Shown here: in pieces, positions 28,185-38,182 of the stretch
Layout of the letters: each line of letters opens with the position of its first letter
Numbering within the stretch: the stretch's first letter is position 1
From: a virus
Lineage: Duplodnaviria > Caudoviricetes
Strand: one strand, 5' to 3'
Virus record (IMG/VR): IMGVR_UViG_3300005805_000106
Location: 1 to 57,014 of that record
Length of the DNA stretch: 57,014 bases
Made by a program: the position numbers and the translations under genes
Notes under the pieces: model-generated
The model's database searches: none
The model's input: only the letters and a program-made list of their open reading frames with translations
Told to the model about the DNA's origin: nothing

Positions 28185-29720
28185 ATGAGCTACGACGAAA
28201 AAGCGACTGTAGGCGTTGATGCCGATGGGAATGTACTCAAGTGCGCAAAGGGAGCTGCTCCTGGTGAATGTGGGTATGTAAAGGGTGCAGAGCTCTGCGC
28301 AAAGTGTGGCGCAATGGCAGTTGAGATGAAGATGGTTCCCGCTATGGGCGATGAAGAGCAGATTATGCCACCCAAAAAGAAGCCGGTGATGTCAGCAATT
28401 GACGAGGAAGAGATGGGCGACGAAGAGGAAATGTCGTCTACAAAGGGTTACGGCAAGCCCGGAATGCCAGTATCTGCTGATGTCCCAGTAGAGGACATGG
28501 AAGAGGAGATGCCGGAGGACGAGGAAATGGTCCCGGGCAGAAAGATGGGCAAAAAGTACCGTCAGTCAATGAAGGCCATGCCAATGGACATGGAAGACGA
28601 AGAGGACATGGACGAGGATGCCATGGACGAAGAGGATGACGAGGCCATGCCCGCAGTGCGGCGCCCAATGTCACCAGCAATGGATGAAGACGAAATGGGC
28701 GAAGACGAAGAGGAAATGGATGAGGAGGAGGACGAAGAGGAAGAGGAAGAGGAGGCAATGCTTGGCGAAAAAGCCTTCTCACCGCTGGACAGCGAGTGGG
28801 AGCAGCTCCGCCGTCAGCGTATTTCTTCGATGGGTCTAAAGTCCGCCGACCTCGGCGCTCATGGCTATGTGTGTGCACTGGAGAGAAAGGCATACGCCGG
28901 AGCTAGCCCTGTATGCGAAGACTGCCCTGGTGGCTGTGTTTCGGAAAAAGGCATGCCGGGAATCCTTCATGTTGAGGGTCTTGCTGAGAAAATGTTTAAT
29001 GGAGTTGTAATTGACTCCGGATATTCAAGCGACGCCGACATGTTCGTAGTAGATGTTCAGACAAAAGATGGTTCCGTAAAGGAAGTTTTCATCGATGGCA
29101 GTAGCGCCGAGATTATGGGTTTCCACAAGCTAGATGCCTCGCAGTACGAGCAAAAATCAGATATCGGGACATACAGGCTGATTGACTTCACCGAAGCGGC
29201 AGAAATTGCAGTCAAGTCAATTGACGGTCATGTTGTTGCTGTTGAGCCTGACATTTTTGAAGGCTTTGATGCTTACGCTGTTGAGATTGAGGGTTTTGAC
29301 GGTAAGTCTTACGATGTATTCGTTGCGCTCGATGGCGAGGTTCTCGGTTACGACAAGTACGAGCTAGACGAGGCAGAAAGCATTGAAGCCGAAGCTGCCG
29401 AGATAGCCCTGAAGAGGGCCTTCTCTGAAGACCGTAGGATGGAACTCGCTAAAGACGGAATGGCGATGCCTGATGGTTCGTACCCAATCGTCTCCGAAAC
29501 AGATTTGCGCAATGCTATTCAGGCTTTTGGCCGGGCAAAGGATAAAGAGGCCACAAAGAAACACATCATGAAGCGCGCTCGCGCCCTAAAGATGGAGAGC
29601 CTAATTCCTGCAAATTGGCTTGCGCGAAGTGAAGAGAAGAGCACCGGGATTGACGATGCAAACTTCATGGCATCACTAGTTGAATTCCAGTTGCTTGAAG
29701 ACTCAATCGATAACAACTAG
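28185..29720 (+). CDS. Acidic head-region protein with Cys clusters, two PepSY-like repeats and a C-terminal PDGSYPI domain
   Basis: AGGAG RBS; D/E/M-rich tract; EAAEIAVKSIDGHVVAVE..AYAVEIE..GKSYDVFVALDGEVL; GMAMPDGSYPI..DLRNAIQAFGRA. Confidence 0.6.
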   Translation: MSYDEKATVGVDADGNVLKCAKGAAPGECGYVKGAELCAKCGAMAVEMKMVPAMGDEEQIMPPKKKPVMSAIDEEEMGDEEEMSSTKGYGKPGMPVSADVPVEDMEEEMPEDEEMVPGRKMGKKYRQSMKAMPMDMEDEEDMDEDAMDEEDDEAMPAVRRPMSPAMDEDEMGEDEEEMDEEEDEEEEEEEAMLGEKAFSPLDSEWEQLRRQRISSMGLKSADLGAHGYVCALERKAYAGASPVCEDCPGGCVSEKGMPGILHVEGLAEKMFNGVVIDSGYSSDADMFVVDVQTKDGSVKEVFIDGSSAEIMGFHKLDASQYEQKSDIGTYRLIDFTEAAEIAVKSIDGHVVAVEPDIFEGFDAYAVEIEGFDGKSYDVFVALDGEVLGYDKYELDEAESIEAEAAEIALKRAFSEDRRMELAKDGMAMPDGSYPIVSETDLRNAIQAFGRAKDKEATKKHIMKRARALKMESLIPANWLARSEEKSTGIDDANFMASLVEFQLLEDSIDNN

Positions 29721-29735
29721 TCGAGGGGCCCGCCT

Positions 29736-32700
29736 ATGACGGGTGATAAAAAAATAGATGGCGAGAGGGTAATTGTTTCGCCGCGACTGATGGCCCCAGA
29801 GTCATACTGCTGCCGCGACGTTGACCTCGTGGCTAAAACATTTCTTCAGTCTGTTAATGCTTCGCGTATACAGGAGCGCCTGAGTGCCGACATCGCAATC
29901 AAGGCACTAGAGGGAATGTCGGCTTTTGGTAAAAAACCAACATACGAGGATACAGATAATAGAAAACGCGATTTTACCGGCGACCTAGAGCCAGGCGTAA
30001 TTGCCGATGAAATGAACAATCGGTGGAACCCTTCTAAAACATATGAACCCGGGGACAAGCTTGTTATTTTTCCGTCATATGAGTCGCGCGAATCTATAAG
30101 CAACAAACCGAACTTTGGGTGGATTAGGCCACCCGAATCAAGCCCACGTTCTTTTGACGAGCTAATACGAAAATTAGAAAAACGTCCACACATACAGCTC
30201 ACAAGATATGACGTTGACCCCAAAACAGATGACGTTATAGAGGAGTCGGCAAAAATTATTGACCCGCTGTCTATTACGTCTGGCATGACGGCCGATGAGA
30301 GACGCAAAGCACTTGCAAAATATTCCCAAGTAAACACTAAGCGCCTGCCGGGTAGGACAATTGGGGAAAGATTTCCCGGCGGAAGTATAATAGGAAGAGT
30401 CGCGGCTGCGTTTGGAATTATTCGCGACGCACAAAACAAATTTCGCTGTCCACCCGGCACCCCAGCGGCAAATCAGTTCACTGACGCATTCGGCACAAAC
30501 TGTTTTGGTTTCAGTCCCACTAGATTTGCCCGTTTTGCAGCAAGACAGGCCGCACAGGCAACAGAAGACGGTGCCTTTTCCAAACTGCAAAATAGGGCTG
30601 AAAAGTTCTTTGATTTTCTATACAACGATAGGTGGGGGGTCGACGAGGCGGGAAGCGACCCTGCACGTTTAGCGCGAAACGCATTTTACGACTCGCTCCA
30701 CGGGGACAGATTTAAACCACCGGACTGGGCAACAATTGACGTACCGCCAGAAATGCGCCGTTTTAAGAACGGTGCAATTGAGGCAATGTCTAGAGATGCT
30801 GAGCTCGCAAGGAACATAAGAGAGCTAGGCGACGCGCTCGGAATAGTTACAACCGACGAGGAGCGGGCAACCAACGCCGATGTTCACAAAATACTAGCCG
30901 CGCTACGTCAAATCTCCGATGCATCTTCTGGCGAACAGGGCTGGGATATAAAAATTATCAATAAAACGAACGGTCGTCAGGGTGATTCCGCCCCCCTGAC
31001 ACCAGAAGAAGTCAGACGATTTGTTACAGCAAGAATTGCGAACATACCTGGAGTCCAAACATTATCGGCCGAAGAACGAGAGAGGCTCATCAAGGCCGAT
31101 ACCGCGAGATACTACGAAATTGAACGTGCGCTTCTTGAAACATTTGTGGGACAATTTCTTGAAAACCCAGCAATGGCAAGAAAACAATTGCAACAACTCG
31201 AATATGACTTTAACAGCGGGGACGAAGCGGGCACTGGAATTATTATTGCCCCCGGACGAAAAATCCCCCTAATAGACCCAGAAACAGGGGAACAGGTCCT
31301 AAACCCAGAAACTGGTGAACCGGCATGGATAGATGCGGGCTCAACTGGATTTTCTCAGTTTTCGGGCGTAATCCATATGAATATGGAACAAATCATGTCC
31401 AACACTGAGACGATGTTGCCAAAACTTCTCCCAAATCAGCGTCTTGCCGTTAGCGCCGTTGGTGCAGCAACAGACGCCGAAGCACGCCTTGCAGTAGCTG
31501 ATTTTATAATGAATTCATCGTATGCCGCCAGACACGTTGCCGGACTTGTTAACGGGCCACGGTCTTTTGCTAGACACATAGCACTTCATGAATGGGCCCA
31601 CTCTGTACAGCAAATGGCGTTTCTGTATGCAGTACAAAACAAGATTCGCACAGACGGTTTCATCGATATGCCAAGATACGATAAACGTGGCAACGTATCA
31701 TTCACGCGAATAACCGACATAAGACAACTTAATAATGCCGACTTAGCAAGGCTTATGCAAGATGTTGCAGATAATGTAAATGTTGCCGACATCAAGAATG
31801 CGATGGAAAGCATCAAGGACGTCGCACCACTGGCTGGTAATTATCCCGCTCTTTCCACTAGGGAGGGAAGCGAGGTCTGGGCACTTGAGGCAGCGGCAGA
31901 ACTTTGGGCCCTACGGGAAGCTGGACTTATTTACGGCGAAGACATAGATAAAGCACTTGAGTGGATGGACGACGTTGAGGCACAGTCTGCCGAAGAAGAT
32001 GCAGTTCGTCGGGCAGGGCTAGTAAAACGCCTGCGTGGCCTGTATGGAGTTGACGATGACTCCATTGACCCTGCTGACCCAACAGATGTTGGCGACATTG
32101 CGCCAGATGACCTCGATGCAATGGAGGCAGATGCAATCGCAAGAGAAGTAGCATCGAGACGGGACGAGCTAGACGTATTTGAGGCAGATTTTGCTGCATT
32201 TGATGAAGAAGAAATGTTTGAAGAGGCAGCAATAATTGGGGCGCAAATCGACTCAGCCCGCGCACGTCTTAAATCGGCAGAAGATGCCGCCCGCTCGGGT
32301 GGACCCGATGCTGGTGATATTGCAAGGATTGAAATAAATAAAGCGCGGCGCGATATTGATTTCTACGAGGAGAAGTACAAGAGGGCAGGAAAAGCGTGGA
32401 GAAAGAAGTACGGCATCGGCGCACGGTCCGAAATGGACCGTTTTGAAGAGAACGTTACAGCCATAAGACGAAGCCGTGGAATGTACGAACCAGAGGAGCT
32501 TGACAGAATAGCCAGAGAGGCACACCTTGATGACCTCAGGGATGGAATGTCAAAGCTTTCACCAGATGACATAGTTAAAAAAATTGTCGACCACAAAATA
32601 CTGATGTCGCGGATGGACAAAACATCTCCAGAAGTAGTTAAAGCCGCAGAAGAACTAGACATAATGAAGGGTGCATACATCGAGTCCCTTAGGTCAAGCG

Positions 32701-35700
32701 GTGATTCCAGAACAAGGGCGCGGATTGGAAAAGAACTAGACGAAAAAATTGAAGCCATTCTTCACCCAGCCCCCAGAGAAGCTCGCATTTTTGATACAGC
32801 CGATGACGCAAAAGACATGGCAAAAAGAGAACGAGCATCTATTGCCAGAAAATTGACACCAGAACAGCGGAAAGCAATAGTTGAGGCTGGTGATTTTCAA
32901 TCAAGCGACATCATTCAATTTATTGATTCTCCGCAAGCTGTTAGGCGCGGTCGTGCTATAAACAGAAGAAATGCACGACTCAAGCGCCTTGGCTTACCAG
33001 TGGATACAGCGTCGGCTGAAGAAGCAGCGTTAGATGACCAGGTAAAAAATATATTAATACCGGTACTTGAGTCAATGGAAGTTTCAAGGGCCAGGGAGCC
33101 AATGGACGTTGAGGCGGTTGTTGAGTTTGCACCACGCGCATTTGAAGGAAAAGCAGTCGGAAAAGAAATTGACATTGAACAGTTTGTAACGGGAAGGGTT
33201 ATCACAGATGAAACCGTCCCAACACGCATCCCGCGTGGTGAGGTTGCCGATAGGGAAACATGGCGACGTAAAAGGCGAGTAATTATTCAGGTCAACGAGG
33301 GTGATAGGGGGCTTTTCCCCAAAGCAGGAAAAGATGCTGAACAGTCATTTGTTATGCCACCAGGAAGATTGCGTGTAGTCGGTAGAGACAGTGATGGAAC
33401 AATAAGGGCGGAATTTGTATCGCAAAAAAGCACAGATGAAGTGCTTGGAACAATGCTAAACGCCATTGAAAGTGGCGATGATGATGTTATCTGGAGAAGG
33501 GGACAGCGCCGAAGGGTTGGCACGGTTGTCAGCAAATACACGTCTGGACGGCTCAGCTCTGGACGAACAATGGACGGCGGTAGAGATAGGTCGGGCGAGG
33601 AAATACGTTCTACAAACAGGGATGTACTTGGTTCGTTAATTGACTCTGGTGGCTCATTTGGTGAGTCATTCGACGAATTTTCATTGGGCGACGAGTCCGT
33701 TCTAGACGAAATTGATACAGACCCACTACGGGGGCGTTTATTTGATGAGGCAGATGAATACCTTGATTCATTGTTTGGCGGGTTTACGAATAGGCAAAGC
33801 CGTGCAAGATTAAGACAGCAACGTTTTGAAAATGGCATAAAAGAAGTAGACCGAACATTGTTACCCGGTGGTTCACTAGCTGGGTCAGAACAGATACAGA
33901 AACAAATTGAGGATGCAGCATTTGTTCACCACATGGGTCTAGATAGAAAAGTTAGAGTAAGAATAAATGATACAGAGCTCAGAAAGCTGGGCGAAACTGG
34001 CTCAATTAGGTATGGTCAATCGGCACAACCCGATAGTGGCATGTCGCGCAGAATGGCGTCGAGAATCAGGTCAGCCGAAGCTGGCCGGCTTTCATCTGGA
34101 AAAACATCACCCGTACCCACAACTGTCGAGGAGCGAAAAAAACGAGTACAGCTGACAGCCGAACGCGCCGCTGGAGTTTGGTCTGAAATATCGAATAAGT
34201 TAATTGAGCTATCAGATAGACAGCCCGCTGGTGGAAAATTGTTGACATTCGACGATTTAACTCAAGAACAAATAGATGAAATATTGAAGGATTTACCATC
34301 GGTAAAAATCCTCCCACAAAAATCAATCGGTATGAATAGTGAGCGCATTTACAAAACCGATGATGTGCCAACAGCCCTAGCCCTAATGATGCATGGTCAC
34401 CATGTCGAAATTAAATCAGGAGGAACAATCCTGACGCAACAATCACAAGAAGAGTTGGAGAAAATAGTTGAGAGAAGTGCCAAGGACTTAATATCAACTG
34501 AATCGCGACCTTGGCGCGAATGGCGCGATGCAGAAATTGAAAAAATAGACGGGTGGGCCGACAAAACAGATTCAGAGAAAGCCGCTCTTATAAAAGAGCT
34601 GGAAGACAATTTTGTTGATAAATTTCAAGCCGACCTATGTAAGCTTTATAGCCCGGAAACAAACATATTCTGCTCTGAGCATCTCGGTATAAAGCGCGAA
34701 GATATGCCACAAGTCAATGGCCGGTCACTTGGGTCTAGCACAATGGCAATTCGAATGCTCAAAGATGGGCGTGCCGCCGGTAAGTGGGAAGCAAAAAAGG
34801 GAGACATATCTGAACCGCCATCATCTTTTGTGGTTCGCTATAAAGACAAAATTGATGCAGAAATTGCAAAAGAGACAACAAAACAAATTGGAAAAGGAAA
34901 ATTAAAACCAGGTGAAGAACTGAGTGAAAACCAAAAACGTGCAGTAATACATGCCGTAATGGGTGAAGTTCATAACGTTCGTAATGACAACGACCCGGCC
35001 AAAACACAACAAATAATGCGTGGTAATACCGAAAGTGGTTTTGCATCCCTTAGCACAGAAGAAAAAGAATGGCTTTACGCAAATGCGAACTGGCAAAATA
35101 CAGAAGTAAACCTCGAATCGCAATTTATTGACTACCTACGCCAAACAATAAAAACAGATGACGGCCGGAATGCGGTAATACGTAAAAGTGTAAAAATGGA
35201 GGACTTGAGCCCATCACAGATGGAGCTAGTCGGTTCAAAGGTTGACGAAACAAACCAACAGATACTTGATGAAGTAGATAAAACTTTAGAAACACTAAAA
35301 GCGGAAGGTTTATCTCCCGGAACGCCAGAATATATAGCTCGGTATAGGGAAATAATGAACAAACAATGGTTCATGCAGCCGATTTTGACAACGAGCGACG
35401 GATATATATTAGATGGACATCACCGCGCAATAGGAATTACAGTAGCTAACCAAGTTCTTTCACAGCGGGGGCTTGAGCTAGAAATTCAAGTCAATGAAGT
35501 GCAGACAAATATTATTGAAGCGCTTACACTCGGTAAAGTTTTCCAAGACCACTGGGGCATAAAAGAAGCTCGACTTGGAATTGAGAGAAAATTCGAAGGA
35601 GACGCTTCTTCAATTACTTCAATAAACGAAGAAGACATAAATGCAAGCATGTTGCAGTTAGTTAACGACACACCATTGAGGGTGGATGAAAAATACGCCA

Positions 35701-37025
35701 AAGGGACATATGTAAATCCCAAATCTATCGGTTTGTCTGTGAGACAGTCTTATAGGGACCAGCAGGTTGGGCGCAAAAATACAGCTTCTGAAAGACAAAT
35801 AGAGAGGATGCTAGAACAGCAGTTTGCAAGAGGCGAAAGGGCGCCAGCATTTGCAGTAGGGGGAAGACTTTCAAGTGGCGCCACTGGACGCAGAACGACC
35901 GGTCAAACAAGGTCACCGATTATTGACGAATCAACTGGCAGAACCATGGGTTCTTCCTATGCGGACATTGATTTTATTATAAATGATGACGGCCCAAGAC
36001 AGAGGGGTACTGACCGTGGTCTTGGAAATGAATATAAGGTTAATCCAAATGATGACGCAATAAAAGCGTTAGTACGTGAATATAACCAGAGAATTGGAAT
36101 ACCAAAAAACTCTGACGACTCAAATAGGCCAGTCGTTGGTTATGTCGTCCATGGTTCACAACTGGCACAGAAACGTAAGGACGCACTTAAAGCCGGACGC
36201 GGAAACGTAAACGACGACGCAATTTTTGAGATTGGTGATAAGGACATAGTTGGAGACGGTCTTAGTGCGTTTGGCGAAATTGAATTAGTTTTACATCCGT
36301 CTGTTGCCAACAGAACCGCCTATGGTCGTGGAATGTCTGCGCGTTCATCCCATAGGCCAGTCTTGCTGAATTCAACCAACAAGGATGACGTGTCTGACGC
36401 TCTATTAAATTTTGACGGGCCAGATGGTAAACAAAATACAATAAATGCGATAACCGGTTTTAGCCGTTCTATTGAAACTGGAAATCGCTCAAAAATGAAC
36501 CAAGTAATTGGTAAAAATGGTGATGACGATATTACGCACGATGTATTGAGGGCTCAAATTTTGGGTGGATTTGATAAGGACGAAATAGTCCAAGTAAATT
36601 ATCCATTCTCCAAGATATCCGAAATGGCGGATAATGAGGACATTAGCGACATAGTTAATAATAAAACCATCGCATCCCGCCTAAGAGCTGCTGGATTTTC
36701 CCAGGAAGAAATCGAATACTTTTATTCAATGGGTCTAGGAAATAAAATAACCACGGAAAGCATGCTTGCGCTGAGGAGATACAGAACGGCAAAGCGTGTC
36801 GAAAAAGAGTTAAACGACATCGGATTCCCAAATGTAAAATTTGCTCATCCGGACGGAATAAACATAAACGACCCCCGCTCGTACAGAAAAAATGCATCTC
36901 CGTCCGATAAGGTTGAAAAAATACTCAATCAAAATATTGCCAGGGAAATAAAAGAAGAAGCAGAAAAATTATTAAAAGAAATGCGCAAACCCGGCATACC
37001 GCAACTAGTTGGAAGGTCGGCATAA
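29736..37025 (+). CDS. Giant polyvalent protein: zincin HExxH, degenerate ART-like, ParB-like, degenerate DUF3626-like domains
   Basis: HEWAH..EAAAE; VIIQVNEGDRGL..EQSFVMPPG; LSPSQ..PILTTSDGYILDGHHR; RPVVGYV..FGEIELVL..AQILGG. Confidence 0.7.
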   Translation: MTGDKKIDGERVIVSPRLMAPESYCCRDVDLVAKTFLQSVNASRIQERLSADIAIKALEGMSAFGKKPTYEDTDNRKRDFTGDLEPGVIADEMNNRWNPSKTYEPGDKLVIFPSYESRESISNKPNFGWIRPPESSPRSFDELIRKLEKRPHIQLTRYDVDPKTDDVIEESAKIIDPLSITSGMTADERRKALAKYSQVNTKRLPGRTIGERFPGGSIIGRVAAAFGIIRDAQNKFRCPPGTPAANQFTDAFGTNCFGFSPTRFARFAARQAAQATEDGAFSKLQNRAEKFFDFLYNDRWGVDEAGSDPARLARNAFYDSLHGDRFKPPDWATIDVPPEMRRFKNGAIEAMSRDAELARNIRELGDALGIVTTDEERATNADVHKILAALRQISDASSGEQGWDIKIINKTNGRQGDSAPLTPEEVRRFVTARIANIPGVQTLSAEERERLIKADTARYYEIERALLETFVGQFLENPAMARKQLQQLEYDFNSGDEAGTGIIIAPGRKIPLIDPETGEQVLNPETGEPAWIDAGSTGFSQFSGVIHMNMEQIMSNTETMLPKLLPNQRLAVSAVGAATDAEARLAVADFIMNSSYAARHVAGLVNGPRSFARHIALHEWAHSVQQMAFLYAVQNKIRTDGFIDMPRYDKRGNVSFTRITDIRQLNNADLARLMQDVADNVNVADIKNAMESIKDVAPLAGNYPALSTREGSEVWALEAAAELWALREAGLIYGEDIDKALEWMDDVEAQSAEEDAVRRAGLVKRLRGLYGVDDDSIDPADPTDVGDIAPDDLDAMEADAIAREVASRRDELDVFEADFAAFDEEEMFEEAAIIGAQIDSARARLKSAEDAARSGGPDAGDIARIEINKARRDIDFYEEKYKRAGKAWRKKYGIGARSEMDRFEENVTAIRRSRGMYEPEELDRIAREAHLDDLRDGMSKLSPDDIVKKIVDHKILMSRMDKTSPEVVKAAEELDIMKGAYIESLRSSGDSRTRARIGKELDEKIEAILHPAPREARIFDTADDAKDMAKRERASIARKLTPEQRKAIVEAGDFQSSDIIQFIDSPQAVRRGRAINRRNARLKRLGLPVDTASAEEAALDDQVKNILIPVLESMEVSRAREPMDVEAVVEFAPRAFEGKAVGKEIDIEQFVTGRVITDETVPTRIPRGEVADRETWRRKRRVIIQVNEGDRGLFPKAGKDAEQSFVMPPGRLRVVGRDSDGTIRAEFVSQKSTDEVLGTMLNAIESGDDDVIWRRGQRRRVGTVVSKYTSGRLSSGRTMDGGRDRSGEEIRSTNRDVLGSLIDSGGSFGESFDEFSLGDESVLDEIDTDPLRGRLFDEADEYLDSLFGGFTNRQSRARLRQQRFENGIKEVDRTLLPGGSLAGSEQIQKQIEDAAFVHHMGLDRKVRVRINDTELRKLGETGSIRYGQSAQPDSGMSRRMASRIRSAEAGRLSSGKTSPVPTTVEERKKRVQLTAERAAGVWSEISNKLIELSDRQPAGGKLLTFDDLTQEQIDEILKDLPSVKILPQKSIGMNSERIYKTDDVPTALALMMHGHHVEIKSGGTILTQQSQEELEKIVERSAKDLISTESRPWREWRDAEIEKIDGWADKTDSEKAALIKELEDNFVDKFQADLCKLYSPETNIFCSEHLGIKREDMPQVNGRSLGSSTMAIRMLKDGRAAGKWEAKKGDISEPPSSFVVRYKDKIDAEIAKETTKQIGKGKLKPGEELSENQKRAVIHAVMGEVHNVRNDNDPAKTQQIMRGNTESGFASLSTEEKEWLYANANWQNTEVNLESQFIDYLRQTIKTDDGRNAVIRKSVKMEDLSPSQMELVGSKVDETNQQILDEVDKTLETLKAEGLSPGTPEYIARYREIMNKQWFMQPILTTSDGYILDGHHRAIGITVANQVLSQRGLELEIQVNEVQTNIIEALTLGKVFQDHWGIKEARLGIERKFEGDASSITSINEEDINASMLQLVNDTPLRVDEKYAKGTYVNPKSIGLSVRQSYRDQQVGRKNTASERQIERMLEQQFARGERAPAFAVGGRLSSGATGRRTTGQTRSPIIDESTGRTMGSSYADIDFIINDDGPRQRGTDRGLGNEYKVNPNDDAIKALVREYNQRIGIPKNSDDSNRPVVGYVVHGSQLAQKRKDALKAGRGNVNDDAIFEIGDKDIVGDGLSAFGEIELVLHPSVANRTAYGRGMSARSSHRPVLLNSTNKDDVSDALLNFDGPDGKQNTINAITGFSRSIETGNRSKMNQVIGKNGDDDITHDVLRAQILGGFDKDEIVQVNYPFSKISEMADNEDISDIVNNKTIASRLRAAGFSQEEIEYFYSMGLGNKITTESMLALRRYRTAKRVEKELNDIGFPNVKFAHPDGININDPRSYRKNASPSDKVEKILNQNIAREIKEEAEKLLKEMRKPGIPQLVGRSA

Positions 37026-37028
37026 TTC

Positions 37029-37523
37029 ATGCAAGCAGTACTTATTGGTTCAACCGACAGCAATAAACTTTACTTCATTGCTGATGCTTCAAATGATGAA
37101 CCAAATCTGGCGATAGAAAAACCAAATGGCTCTGTGATTTATACAAATTTTCTTGATTTCTGTATTAATGCGCCCAACATCACAAAAATTCGGAATACCC
37201 GATTTCATAGGTTTCTATGGGATAAACCACAAAATATTGCAAAGGGGGCGTGGTATGACACATTTGTTGAGCGCACAAGGCCCATTAAAGATTCCTTGCT
37301 AGAAGATGTTGTTATCAATAAAACACTTGGCACCAATAGAAGGAAACTTCAGCAAAAAAATGACGCAGTAAATAGATTTGTAACTAAAAGAATTCTTAAC
37401 GGATGCTGCGACGAAATGATACAGTTAGATGATAACTCATTTTATTATAAAAATATAAATGAGCGAAAAGATGCCTGGACTGCAATAGTTCTTTTAAATA
37501 AACTCGAGGAAGGTCTCTTCTAG
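37029..37523 (+). CDS. Hypothetical protein
   Basis: 164 aa, tightly packed in the operon. Confidence 0.6.
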   Translation: MQAVLIGSTDSNKLYFIADASNDEPNLAIEKPNGSVIYTNFLDFCINAPNITKIRNTRFHRFLWDKPQNIAKGAWYDTFVERTRPIKDSLLEDVVINKTLGTNRRKLQQKNDAVNRFVTKRILNGCCDEMIQLDDNSFYYKNINERKDAWTAIVLLNKLEEGLF

Positions 37524-38182
37524 TGGAATACGAACAAGATATTAAAGCTGACCCGCTGGGCGGAATACTTCCACAGGAGCTGGTTACTGGCGACATTCTT
37601 CGTGGCTACGGGCCAAGGCGCGGAAACCTAGAGCGACTACTGCGCTATTGGAGGCCGATTATGAAAAAGCCCGGTGGTTTCAGGAGATGCCGCGTCATCC
37701 TGGCAAACCCCCCCGAGCTATATCCGCTTAGCAATATTTGTGCTTGGTTGCACCATGAAACAACTGGTCTCTGGCCTAATGAAGGGTGCCATCACCCAGG
37801 AATGAAAAACTGCAGAAAAAAATTACGGAAAATGACCAACTGGACTGATTCGCAATTTGCGGCATCACTCAGGGGTAAAAAACCCAAAAACGTGGTTAAA
37901 AATTCATCAAAATCAGAACAGCAAGATATGTCTGATTGGTTTTTTTACACAGATGAATATTTTGATTACAAGGGGCTATCACCGGTAGTTACTGAAGCTG
38001 ATATTAAATATGCCAGCGATGTACTTGCTGAATTTATTGAAATGGAACCTGATTTTGCGAAGTATTTACGCGACGACGAAAATTGGCAGGTAGAGGGAGA
38101 GGATGACACCGGTTCTGCTGTTTACTCAAAAGTAAATAAAACGAAGTCGCTTGAGCAGGAGTGCTGTAGCGATGGCTGGTAA
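37523..38182 (+). CDS. Hypothetical head-region protein with Cys/His motif
   Basis: GNLERLLRYW..PGGFRRC..ICAWLHHETTGLWP. Confidence 0.6.
   Translation: MEYEQDIKADPLGGILPQELVTGDILRGYGPRRGNLERLLRYWRPIMKKPGGFRRCRVILANPPELYPLSNICAWLHHETTGLWPNEGCHHPGMKNCRKKLRKMTNWTDSQFAASLRGKKPKNVVKNSSKSEQQDMSDWFFYTDEYFDYKGLSPVVTEADIKYASDVLAEFIEMEPDFAKYLRDDENWQVEGEDDTGSAVYSKVNKTKSLEQECCSDGW

Noticed and set aside
28400-28760. GAG/GAA/GAC-rich tract as a non-coding repeat array
   Set aside because: Explained by the acidic low-complexity protein sequence; no fixed-period unit
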